Source: Octopus vulgaris
Lineage: Eukaryota
Direction: 5' to 3'
Assembly (NCBI GenBank): GCA_951406725.2
Contig: OX597830.1
Coordinates: forward strand, 56,916,001-56,980,000
DNA length: 64,000 nucleotides
Shown here piece after piece: positions 40,881-53,289 of this stretch. Every line of letters begins with the position of its first letter. Position 1 is the stretch's first letter. Under the pieces are notes generated by a model. The model did no database searches. It saw only the letters and a list, made by a program, of their open reading frames with translations, and was not told the DNA's origin. The position numbers and the translations under genes are program-made.

Positions 40881-41505
40881 GCATGTATTTATCTACAGAT
40901 TATGATATTCTCTTCTCATTGGATCGTAGGAAAACATTAAGTGATAGGAAAGAGTAATTTTGATATTTCAAATGACCACCACAAACATTCTATGAAGTAA
41001 CATAAAATTATCAAAACAGTTTTCAGAAACTTTGCTTTCAAAGACCTGTATAATGTAAAAACTAGCAACTTATTCAAATATCAAAAATACTAGCCTGGTC
41101 TAACAATATGGTATACAGTAGCTGGTTCTTCTAATATTATAAATAGTATCCAGCCATATTAAAATGGAAACTAATACACTGACCATAATAATATTTAAAA
41201 ACATAGAAGACTGCTGTAAATATATGAAATATAGTTGTTGGATCTACCAATAGGAGATAACGCAAACAGTTCTACTTATTGGAAAATAGTAGTTAGGTCT
41301 TCCCGTCTGAAGAATCATAGCTTGGGCTACCAGTATCAGAAATAGTAGCTTGTACCAAGATGAGAAAATATATAAAAATATTCATAAACAGGATATACAA
41401 AATTCCTTTTATACAAATGCATTGATGAAATTCTCAACAAAAATTTCATCATAATTTATACAAACAGAACTAATTAAGCATACATAAAAGTTTTAAAAGA
41501 CTTAC

Positions 41506-41533
41506 ATTTTCTAGCCATGAATCGTCAGCTGAT
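41506..41533 (-). CDS. Micro-exon type B (SADDSWLEN)
   Basis: Acceptor ttctgattttgcag, donor gtaagt; 28 nt, phase 2 to 0. Confidence 0.7.
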
Positions 41534-41617
41534 CTGCAAAATCAGAAAATGAGAAAATTCCAGATTAGTAAAATGAGCCTGTCGTAATGAGTGAAGCATC
41601 TTATAGTTCAGGCTTTA

Positions 41618-43360
41618 TGAAATGTAATGTGTCTTGAATGGCTCAACAATGCAGAGTGGACTGTAATAACTGTGAAATAATTTAATTATTTATAGTCTAA
41701 TATAATATTTAGGAATATAAAAATTCCTTCTTCAGATATTGCTTGGAATTAATCGAGTCACTGTTATAAACGGTTTTCTAACGGTTACTGATTTTTTTTC
41801 TTTTTTTGGAAGTGTCTCTGCAGTGGTCTCATGAAGCTCCTTCTGAAATTCCTCATGAGGAGTGCTTGAGGGTGGCCATGTCTCAAGCTTATGTGTGTTG
41901 GCATATCCACAATGTTGCTTCTAAGTTATGTATTATACGTGCATTTTTTTATACATAAGCATGTTACTATTGTGCGTGCAGGATGTCAATGTAAAATAAT
42001 ATAGTGATTGCTAATTTCCAACCTGTTGTTAATTTGGGGCCCTAATCTGTCTGTGAGGATAGCTTCTTTAATTCTGAAATTTCTGTCATTGGCTTCAATT
42101 GTGATTGTTATGTTTTTGTCGGTGTTCTGGCATCTGTCCAGATGTTTTCTGAAGGAGGAGGCTCACGTGTTTAAATATTCTTTGATGCGAATGTGTGACA
42201 GTCTGGTTGTGCCACCCACTTAAAAATTGTTGCATTTGTTACATTGGATTCTATACACAGCATTTACTCGTTGGCATAAATCTGTGTCGCGGATAGTTTG
42301 TGGTTGGGTTCTTGGTTTGTTGTGGGGGGGTCTAGTTGGTACGTTGGAAATTTGCTGAGTGTGTTGTTGCTGTTTTTCTTTATTACCAATTTCCATTTGA
42401 GTTGATCGGCTGTTCAGGAAAAGGTAGGCTTCCAGGTTGAGTAAGATTTTCTCGTTCGGCTGTTGGCTCAAGATAAATTTAGGGCCCAGACTGATGAGTT
42501 CTAGCTCTTCATGGGAGAGTGACCCACTCAAGTGTGTGACTAGGGGTTTCATTGTTGATGGTATGCTGGTGCCCCTGATGTTAGGGTTATCTTGATCAGT
42601 GGATGTCCCGTTCATCTGTGTCAGTGTAATAGACTGAGTTGTGGCAGTATTTGGTACAAAGCTACAAGAATTTAAGTTTGAGGCATTTCTTCTCTTGGTC
42701 AACACAGTGATGGAAGCATTGGTCAATAGCTGTGGAGGTTTTTCGGTGTGTAGATTACACATTCGCACCAAAGAACATCTAAACGTGAGTCTCCTCCTTG
42801 AGAAAACTTCCAGACAAAAGCATAACAGTCACAATTGAAGCCAATGACAGAAATTTAGGAAATTTAAGAATTAAAGAAGCTATCCTCATAGACAGACTAG
42901 GGGCCTCAAATTAACAACAGATTGGAAATTAACAATCACTATTATTTAACTACATTGACATCCTGCACATACAATGGTAACATGCTTATGTATAAAAAAA
43001 TGCATGTATAATACATAACTTAGAAGCAGCGCTACGGAAATGCCAACACACATAAACTCAAGACAGGGCTGCCCTTGTGCACTTCTCAAAAGAAATTTTG
43101 GAAGGGGCTTCGTGAGACCACTACAGACACACTTCCGAAAAAAATTCAGTAACCGTTGGAAAACCGATTATAACAGTGACTCGATTAATTCCAAGCAATA
43201 TCTGAAGAATGAATTTTTATATTCCGAAATATTATATTAGACTATGAATAATTAAATTATTTAACAGCTATTATTGTCCACTCTGGCCTGTTGTGTCATT
43301 CAAGACACATTACATTTCAAAAACAATATACAATGCTTCCAGCAAACAACAGTAACCATT
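41618..43360 (-). mobile_element. Internally deleted Penelope-like element with inverted pLTR and ~11-bp TSD
   Basis: Arms 41618-~42190 and ~42760-43320 inverted; LSHEELELISLGPKF N-terminus fused to VYRIQC..C..VGGT..RIKE GIY-YIG; TSD ttcag(g/t)cttta at 41607-41617 and 43361-43371. Confidence 0.85.
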
Positions 43361-43709
43361 TTCAGTCTTTACCTTTAAACTTAGCATGAGGAATAGACAA
43401 AAGGTGTTTCAGCCAGAGATGAAAGGTGAGAGGCGAAGAAAGAGATAAAGGAAGAGAAGAAATTCAGACAGAAGTTGGGAAGAGGTAACTGGCAAAAAGA
43501 AATTATACCATAAAATAGATCAGTTCACACATGCGTATGCACTCACACACATGCACACAAGTATATATATCCTGCGTTTCAAATTATTAATGGCGTAACA
43601 TTTAAGTTTTATTCAAAAGTGGCGATCGTTCGTTACGAGAACAAGATAGCCTATATGGATGGATGGATATATATATAAATATATATATATAAACAGATAG
43701 ACAGATAGA

Positions 43710-44925
43710 TATCTATAATAATGGTATTTTTATATAAGCTTAAAGCTTATGGCGATCACCGTGCAATGACTAGGGAAAATAGTCTAATAAAGGGGCATAT
43801 AAGCCCTCGACAGAAAAAAAGAAGGCATTGATTAATTTTAATTTTAATCCTTCAGCTATTTAATGCTTTTCTTGGGCATGCAATCGCCTATATATTAAAT
43901 CTGTTGTCATTTTTTAAAATAGTCATTCCAGATAATAACAATATTAATAATATCTTAGCAAATTTCGAGAATTATATTTTCTTGCGAATTGTTTGCCCTT
44001 GTATCGAGAGTATTTCCTCACTGGTGGCTGTAATTTGATTTCAGTGCAAAACGAAACAGGTGTAATACAAACTTCAATACGATAGTTTGGGGGTGCTTTC
44101 TGTCTGAATCATAATGTCTGTATTTTTTCGCATATTTAGAAAATAAAAAAATTCTTAAAAAGAGTTTTACAAAAAGTTTTGGAAATTTTTTCAGAATCAT
44201 AATCTCTGTATTTTTCCACATATTTTGGGGAAAAAAATTCTGAAAAAAGTGAAAAAATGAAGGAAATGGGGGTGGGGGTAATTTAAAAATGCCGATTTTT
44301 GCCAATTTTTTTGCAGATTCGTATTTCCCGTAGCCGAAAAGAGGCAGGTTTGTGTCAAAAAAAATTTTTTTTGAAGGGTGGTTTTTGGAAGGGGACGGGC
44401 GGAAGTCTTGCCAACAAATATATAAATGGACTAGCTTAAGGTGACCCACTCTACGCATGGGTGAGGGTGTGGTTGCTACTTTCTGTTTCTTATCACCACA
44501 TTCTCCCTCTTTGTTTCTCTCTCCTTTCTCTCTCACTTTCCCACTCTCTTACTCTTCCTTTCTCTCAGACTCTCCCTTGCTTTCTCTTACTCTCTATCTT
44601 TATCTATCTCTCTCCCATTTATAAAAAAATTAGATTTCCACGCTTAAATTACAAATCCACTTCCACTTTACCATGTTGAAAATTTAATTGAAATCGGGCA
44701 AAAGGTGTCCAATCTAGACCCCCAAGTGTCCCCCAGAATCAATAAAATCCCCGTTTTCACATCAAAGCAACCACTGTAGCGCCCCAAAATGTCTTCCAAT
44801 CAATTTCTCACCTCAAGTTACCCCCTCCTGTAAATTTTAATCCCCATCCAGCCCCATTAGACCCCTTTTTACATAAAAATCCAATTTGTATCACTGTTCG
44901 CCTTCTTCATTTTATAGATTAGACA
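43710..44925. mobile_element. Non-autonomous Helitron/Helentron-like element
   Basis: No coding motif; tctataataa start and cttcattttatagattaga end, GC hairpin-like blocks; family assignment tentative. Confidence 0.4.
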
Positions 44926-45239
44926 GATATACCCGGCCTTACTCGGGATTAAAATAGTTTATTATTGTTTTGCTTGTTTCGGTATTATAACCCGATTTCA
45001 TTTGGGTCTATGCGGGTCACATTTTAAAAGATGAGGAATTTTGTCCCAGAGGCCATGCCTTTCAATTGAGCAAACTCAAAGGTGCCATGCAAACTCACTA
45101 GCACTTTTAACATAGGTGTGCATATTTTCAGCTCAGTCAGACCACATATGCACACATTACATATATATATATACATACGCATTAAATATGTACATATATA
45201 CTCATTATATATACATGTATACACACAACTTTCAATAGG

Positions 45240-48200
45240 AACATGCTCAGCAATGGCAGTATAAATGTACATGGCTTGGGGTCACCTTGGAAACAAGGCT
45301 ACCTGTTAAACGACATCAAGTCACAAAATCTACAGACCAGATTCTATCAGCGAAACCAGACTCCACAGCCTGCGGGCACTCCAGCACATGTTCGGCGAAC
45401 ATTTCAACATTTTTCTCCATGTCTGCCGAGAATGGGCAGAGGTGGCACCACGGTGCTTCTTCAGAAGTGTCTGGACCTCAAAGTAAGAGCAATTTTCCTA
45501 GACCCGGAGGGTAGGCTGGTTGTTTGGATGTCAATGGCAGCAATGGGTGTGCTTTTTGACCGATTACAGTTTATGCACCATTCTTAACAGGCCGGCCAGA
45601 TTTCTTTTGACGTCTAGAGGTTTTCCTGGGTACGTCTCAACCTTTACTTTTACTGAGGGATTGGAACACTACCCTGGACACGCATCTAGACTATGTGGAG
45701 ATGCAAATGCTTCAAAGACCCGCTCAGATGTTTTCAACTGTTTGGGAGGTACCGACTGGACCACCCGAATGTGCCGATGTGGACATGGAACAACCACATT
45801 GGGTCATCCAGATTGTACTTAGAATATTCTGTAGGACAGTGGATAAAGATAGTGTAGGTTGTCCACAATTCCATATAGTCAGCTACACAGACCACAAACT
45901 TGTGACTTGTACACTTGACTTAGTTAAGACATATAGGGAGGGTCCCAGTTACTGGAAGCTGAACATGTCGTTCACAGCACGCCAGGCTTACAGGGACTGG
46001 ATTAGCACATTAGTTAAGAGGGCATTGACTGGTGCCATCATCAACAACAGATGGTGGTATGCCCTAAAGAAAGCAATTAAAGCAAAATCAGTGAGGTACA
46101 ATAAGGCCCTAGCATTAGACTGAAATAGAATAGAGGGAGAGTTAGTTAAGAAAATAGAAGAGGCACTTAGATCTGGCATCACATCCCATGTACTGGCAGT
46201 GAGGTTGGCCCCCGATAAACACTTCAACACCAAACACGAAGGATACATTGTCAGAGCTAGGATGCATGCTTTGAGGAATAAAGGAGTTGGAGCCACCCAA
46301 GAGGCCCAAGTGGCGGAGGTGCAACGAGGCAACAGAGCCACCATTAGGTCACTTACAGATGAAGAGGGGCGTGAATTACTTGAGCCTGAAAAGATGTGTG
46401 AGGCCTTTCAACAACACTTTGCCCGACTGTTCAGGACAACTGGTGGGTCAGAATGCAGAGTGTTCTGTAGTGCCTACCTTCGTGGCCTGCCACGACTCTC
46501 AGCAAGAGAGGCAGAGTGTTGTAAAAGACCCATCACAGCTGCAGATGTATGGGATGTGATGGCAAGCTGCGCGAGAGACAAGTCACCAGGCTTGGATGGT
46601 CTGCCCTATGAACTTTATTGCCATATGCCAGACTTGTTTGGAGGCATCTTGGTAGCTGTCTACTGCAACTGGCAGCAAAACGGGAATATCCCAGTCTTTG
46701 TAAAGCAAGGAGTGGTGATCCAAACAAGGGAAACGTAGATAACTTCAGGTCCATCACTCTGCTCAATGCATATTTGAAAATTTTGGCCAAGAGGTTGGCG
46801 CCTGTCATCAAGAAACTAGTCGACAAGGCACAAACGTGCGCCATGCTGGTATCCATGACAACCTCCATCTTATTTCTTTATTGCCCACAAGGGGCTAAAC
46901 ATAGAGAGGACAAACAAGAGGGGTCAACCTCCATCTGATGCACTACATCATAGACAGGGTAGTTAAGGAACCTGGCATGGGTGGAGTGATGATCAATTTA
47001 GATCAATCAAAAGATTTTGATAGGGTAGACCATCACTACTTGGAGGCTGTCCTCAAAGTGGCTGGTTTCAGTCCCGTCTTCTGTGGTTGGATCGCTGCCT
47101 TATACAGTGGCATCTGCTCGGTATTTCACATAAATGGTCATCTATCCGGATCATTTAACATCATGCGTTTGGTTCATCAAGGTAGCCCTCTCTCATTGTT
47201 GCTGTATATTTTGACTCTTCAGCCACTACCGTGGAAGCTGGTAACGCCGAGGGGCATGCTATGAGAGCTGGGATGTGAGAAGAGCGTGTCTGCATATGTG
47301 GACGACGTCACCATCATAATGTCAAGCCACAAGGACATCGACCTGGTCGGAGAGACACTAAACGCACATGAAGCGGTAATGGGAGCAAAACTTAATCGAG
47401 AAAAGTCAGTGGGCTTGCGGCTCGGCACCTGGAGAAGCAAGCCCATGCCATCCAACAGTGTCTCCATCGTTGGACGCTTGACCAACAGACCGGTTCAATT
47501 TCTCAGGGTCTGATTCAGTCCAGATTTCCAAATGGAGAAGAACTGGGGTGAAATAATGACTAGAGTGGCCTAAAAGGTCGCATACATCACATCCGTCATC
47601 GATTACCATCTGACCATCGTGCCTTGTCCCAACCCTACCATCACCAAACTGGAATGCATACTCTTCCATTTTTTGTGGAAGGGAAGCGTTCCAATGGTTA
47701 GGCAGTCCATTTGCTGTCAACACCCGCTAAATGGAGGCCTAGGCATGAGGTGGTTGATGATGCGCTGAGACTGTGTCATCTCCGGCACTTCATAGACGAT
47801 GGTGAACAGGTGTGGTCGCCGTTTGTGTGGTGTGCTTTCCTGCAGCTCATCTCCTTGGCTGAACTGCAGTTGTGGAATAAACAGAGACCGAGGCTAGGCG
47901 AATGGGACTGCGAGTGTCGCGTTGCTGTCAAGCAACTCTGCCGTCCGGGACCAAACTTGTGTGACTTCATTACAACAAAGGCATTCTATAGAGGATTAGT
48001 GGAGGGAGATGCGATGACATTCTCGGGCAGAATCTGGGCGTTGATGAGGAACACCTGACCTGCCTGTTCAGAACACCTTTCGGGCCGGGACCTATGGACT
48101 ATCACCAAAGATCCCTGGCCTGGCAGTGCTATCGAAAAGCATTACCTGTTCGGGATAAGCTCTACAGGCATGGTTCGAGAGACACTGGACCGACTTGCCC

Positions 48201-48930
48201 GAGATGCAGTCAGAGCGATGAAACCATTCTGCACGCACTCATGCAGTCTTTAACCATTTTGGACCTGTGGGCTTATGCCTAACGGCTGTTTTCATGTGTG
48301 AGACGAGTCCGCCTGTCGGCCGAGTCTATCTTGAAAGCTGCTCCACCATCTTCCCTCAACTTGGAAGGCAAGACAGTCTTCATCATACTGGTGGCCATGG
48401 TGAAAGAAAGTGTGTGGTAGACTCGAGCAAAAGGATTAGAGACAAACACTTACCTCTCTGGCCAATCGCTCATCAACTTTTTCAAGTACCACTTGAAAAG
48501 GAAGGTGAGAATGGAGAGGCAGGTTTTGTCTTGTGAAAGTTTCAAAAAAGGGTGGGTGAACGTAGCAAAGATGGTGCATGTGAGTGACGAAACCACTTTG
48601 AGCATGATCCTGTAATGGATTGAGAGAGAGAGAGAGAGAGCACTTTGCTCTCATGTGTTTATTCCCTCCCTGCCTGAGGATACCGTAGTCTTTTCCATAG
48701 GCTTTTCTTTCCATGGATAAACATAATCTTGCTTTTCAGATTTTTAAAATTCTTCTGTGATACACGATCACTTTTGACCGTCTTTATCCCCCACCCATCC
48801 CTTTTGATCAGAATTTTACATTTTTTTCTCAATTTTTCCCTTTTTCTTTTTCATTTTCAAAAAGAAAAGCTTTACATTTGTATTTGTCCCCTCTCTGTTC
48901 AGCCCTGTGTGGCCAATAAAGAAAGTTATC
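45240..48930 (+). mobile_element. Degenerate L1/Tx1-group LINE ORF2 (APE, RT, zinc knuckle)
   Basis: SINVHGL, YTDHK, YWKLN, KSPGLDGLPYE, NFRSITLLN, LDQSKDFDRVDH, QGSPLS, AYVDDVT, CPRC..ETILH; aataaa ~48915. Confidence 0.92.
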
Positions 48931-49678
48931 TATCTATCTGTCTGTCTTTCTGTCTGTCTGTCTGCTGCTGCCTGCCTGTCTGTATGTATGTCTGTCAGTC
49001 GATCAATCAATCTATCTATTTTCTCTCTCTTTCTCTGACTCTATCTCTCTCTTCCTCCCTCTTTCTCCCTCCATCCTTCTTTCATGTCCTCACTCTCTCT
49101 GCCCTTCTCACACTGTTTATGAATATGATTAAAATCATTATTAGTAGAAGCTATGAATTTCCCACAGAGTTCACAAACCAGTTCTAACTTCTGTTAATTT
49201 GCATAAGTCTTTTCTTCATATAATAGAGAAAGAAATCAATATCACAGAATCTAATTTCTTTCACCAATAAAATTGTGTGTGATTGTTAAAATTGTTAATG
49301 CTATAGCTGTGTTAAGAGAAATAAGTGTAGAGAGATGATGGATATTAAATGCTAACCAAATTTTGGATTTTAAAACATTTTATTAATTTCTTTCTGCTGT
49401 TTGCAAATAGTACCAGTGATCTAATCGGGTAGAATTTGGAAGAGTAGCAATTTAGTATATTTCAAACATATATGAAATGAGGTATATAGAAATCAATAAA
49501 AAAATATTCTTTGTTATCTGCCTTACTTATTGTTTTTTGGGTGCTACTGTCTACTAAAGAAATTTTTGTCTACTAATTACTGGGATAATTGCAGCTTACA
49601 ATACACCATGACTGAAACCCTGCTATATATATATGTACTTATATATTATCGAATTTAGGGACATATATCATGCATTAC

Positions 49679-49706
49679 CTGTCTTCCTCCGAGCTGTCCT
49701 TATCGT
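49679..49706 (-). CDS. Micro-exon type A (..DKDSSEED), 5' part lost in assembly gap
   Basis: Donor gtaatgc at the homologous position of the duplication unit; open frame ending in phase 2; abuts the N run. Confidence 0.6.
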
Positions 49707-49806
49707 NNNNNNNNNNNNNNNNNNNNNNNNNNNNNNNNNNNNNNNNNNNNNNNNNNNNNNNNNNNNNNNNNNNNNNNNNNNNNNNNNNNNNNNNNNNNNN
49801 NNNNNN
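49707..49806. other. Assembly gap (100 N)
   Basis: Direct reading. Confidence 1.
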
Positions 49807-50514
49807 TGGTTGAAAAGACTCAGTGTTATAATGTTTATTGTATAATGTTTAATGATTATTGCATGTTATTGTGTTTAAGAGGCTTAACGCCCCAATTCTT
49901 AAATGGAACTATTAGTCCAAAAATTGTAAAACTGAAGTAAGAGGTTCATTACCTCGTTTTGTCTTTTTCTGTTAAAAAAAACGAAGAGAATTATGTTTTA
50001 GAGAAGTAAAAACAGGCGGACGTTTTTTGTCTTCTATTAATATCATCCTTTTCATTATTCCCCTCATCAATGTCTTTGTCCAACCCGCAAGCTACTCTAT
50101 ATCATGCCTTTATGGCAAATTTTTGAAATAAAGTAGCTTGCTTACCAAACACATGGTTCCGGATTCAGTCCCACCGCATGACACCTTGGGCAAGTGTCTT
50201 CTAGTATAGCCTCGGGCCGAACAAAGCCTTGTGAGTGGATTTGGTAGACGGAAACTGAAAGAAAGCACGTCGTATATATGTATATATATATGTGTGTATT
50301 TGTGTGTGTGTATATGTTTGTGTGTCTGTGTTTGTCCCCCCAATCTCGCTTGACAACCGATGCTGGTGTGTTTACGTCCCCGTAACTTAGCGGTTCGGCA
50401 AAAGACCGATAGAATAAGTACTAGGCGTACAAAGAATAAGTCCTGGGATCGATTTGCTCGACTAAAGGCGGTCCTCCAGCATGGCCGCAGTCAAATGACT
50501 GAATCAAGTAAAAG

Positions 50515-52562
50515 AGAAAATTTTTTTAAAAGAGCGAAGAGAAACAAAATTTTCCCAAGCAGCTTTCTTTACTGGGTTTAATTTTTCTTGAAAAAGCTCA
50601 TCACAGATTAGTGCGCAAATTTCTGGTCCATTAAAAACACTAGCTTTGATCTTAGCTTCACTCTTACTAGAAACAAATTTTTCCTTGAGATATTTGAATC
50701 CTACACCGTCTTCATTTATGGCCTTAACAAAATTCTTAAATAAGCCAACTTTAATGTGTAAAGGGGAAGATAAATTTTCTGCGAGTCAACTAAAGAGATA
50801 TATTTAATGTTGTATTTCCCTGGAGTGAAATCACTTCTTTTGGCCACTCTTTTTGATCATAGTGATGCTTGTCATCTCTGCTGGTCCAAAAGCACAAAAA
50901 ACACTGATGCTTTGTATACTCCATTTGCAACCCAAGAAGCAAACCAATAACTTTCGAGTCTCCGCATATTTTCCACTTGTATTCAGAATGCTTAATCAAG
51001 TGCAAAATTCATAAGTTTCCTTTAATCCTACAGCATGTGCTAGTGGTATTGAAAGTTTTTGATTGCTATTATGCAGCAAAACTGCTTTTAGGCTTGCTTT
51101 TCTGGAATCTATGAAGAGTCTCCATTCTTCAGGATTATGGCTGTACCCCATCTCACGCAGGAGTCCAACATCAAAACAAAAACAAATACCGTCTTTCTCC
51201 GTAAAAAATCCATGTAATTCTGTATGCAGTTTTCGAAAATACGAGCATTATACATCATCGTGTTAAAGATCCCATTATTTCAACCTGGAGCCAAGTAGTT
51301 TTGACTTTTCTTTTGTTAAACCCAAGTTTCTAACTAAATCATTTAACTCAAGTTGACTTAATAAATAAGGAACATTTTTGAAGATCCTGGTTCATCACAG
51401 GGATCTGCTGCATTACTAGGCACGACTTCAATTGAAGTAGATGCAGTACTTTCTTCACTTAAACTATCTTTGTCAAAAGATGAAAGAGGTTCTGGAATTG
51501 GACTATTTTCAGCACTATGAGCAACTGATATTAAAGCCGAAGGGCAATCTGGATAAATAATCTTGGATTTGGTCTTCTTTGAGAAACCTGTGATGTTAGT
51601 TAAGCAGAAATAACAATCGGTATAGTGGTTTGTTGGTTCGCGCCATATCATTGGTAATGCAAATGGCATACTTTTCCATTTACCATTCAGCCATTGGGTT
51701 AGTGCTATAGAGCAGATTTTGTAACAAACATGAGGCCCCAACAGTTTACCTTGATACCCAACTTTGCACCCAAAGCAAAACTTGTAAGCATTTAAAAATT
51801 TCTTTGTAAGCATATTTCTCTGATCTTTTGGTGCAAATTTTCCACACACTTAACAAAAGCTGTTCGGGTGATTAACACAAACGTTTCTGCTCATCATAAG
51901 TACATACAGTAATAACCTAAATCAACACTCAAAGAAGCCTATCAGTTAACTAAAATATAAAACTAATCAACGGTAAATGTTACAGTAAATCATCAAAATA
52001 TATTTCTCTCGAAAAAAAAAATCATTGAAATTATTATAGAATGTACTGAAACTCTGGCTATCATGAAACAGTTTTTTCCATCTCTAAATTTCAAACATTG
52101 ATCACTTTAATAAATAACTAAACTACTTTTCATATAACCTGGCTCCCTTATTTGATGTCCTTTGTTTTAACAGCAGTTATCAAGAAAAGTGAGTGTGTGT
52201 GGTTTACTATAACCTAATATCAATAGCCTACCGTTAGGAGAACTTTACTATAATTACAGCGATAATGAAGTAAAATAAATTCTCATCTTTTGTAGCAATA
52301 TAACAGGTATCCTACATTTTCTTCTGATAGCACTTAATTGTCTTTCAGTGATGAGTTTATGAATGAAAATCGAAAGCAAATAGCCTACTACTTTGTCAAT
52401 ATTATCAATTGGTTGGAAAATCTGATGCTTTGAATAAGTAAAAATTCTACACGTGCTGTCTGAAAACTGATGTCACATTGGGATTCGGCACCCTCAAGTT
52501 ACTCTAAATCAGCTCAAAATGTTTAAATAGCATGACAATTTTTCTTTCCTTTTAGCCCAGTG
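50515..52562 (-). mobile_element. Degenerate CMC/Chapaev3-like DNA transposon
   Basis: MPFALPMIWREPTNHYTDCYFC, ICGDSKVIGLLLGLQ..YTKHQCFLC, PLHIKVGL.KNFVKA; terminus CACTGGG with TWA flank; superfamily call from recalled motifs. Confidence 0.7.
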
Positions 52563-53289
52563 TAATTTAACTCAAGTAAACACTGGACAGAAAATGAACA
52601 CGTATCTTTTTCTTTTCTTTTTTTTTCAATCATTTTTTAAATAATTATTATTTAAAAAATTAACAAAGACTTCGCAAAGATATATTTACTCAAGCGTCTA
52701 TATGACATTTAGTGAAGCATCTGTACAAGGTATCAAATTTGGGGGAAGGGTTTAAGCCGATTACATCGACCCGAACGCGTAAGTGATACTTATTTAATCA
52801 ACCCCGAGAGGATGAAAGGCAAAGTCGACCTCAGCAGAATTTGAACTCAGAATATGAAGAAAGATGAAATACCGCAAAGCATTTTACCCGGCGTGCTAAC
52901 GATTCTGCTAGCTCGCCGCCCTTAGTTAAACATATACGTATGAACGCAATGGAAACGTTTTCGGAAAACTTTTAATTACCTTTAGTTATCTCCCTTAGTG
53001 AATCTAACTTCTTCTGCAAGGGAAATAACTCCGACTTCAATATAAAGGGAGGTAATTCAGGTTTTAAATACATAATACTGATTTTAAATTTACACAGTTA
53101 AACTAACAAGGATGTTTTTGTACAACTCATGAAACAAAAAGAAAAAAGGCATAAGTTACTTTTGTTCAATTCACAGGTTATTAACAATTTTCTGACTGAT
53201 GCGCATGTTTTATTTTTACGGATCCATACATACAGTGATACCATACGCGGCTAAACATCGATCCAAAATGCCTTTGAATGTCGCATCAT

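Larger units (their letters stand above)
25760..49706. repeat. Four-copy intragenic tandem duplication unit carrying A/B micro-exon pairs (approx. 25760-30450, 32085-39690, 39695-43530, 49110-49706)
   Basis: Collinear shared intron blocks: agagaaag(g/a)aatcaatatcac...tttcaccaataa at ~26280, 32370, 39700, 49225; actagcarcttaytcaa at ~28685, 41060; caacagtacc..tataacatggg at ~29641, 38418. Confidence 0.9.

Noticed and set aside
41815-41875. Hammerhead-like remnant in the Penelope pLTR
   Set aside because: Core mutated (CTCATGA, GAGA)
44018-44536. 172-aa K/F-rich ORF
   Set aside because: Low-complexity product of a non-coding repeat
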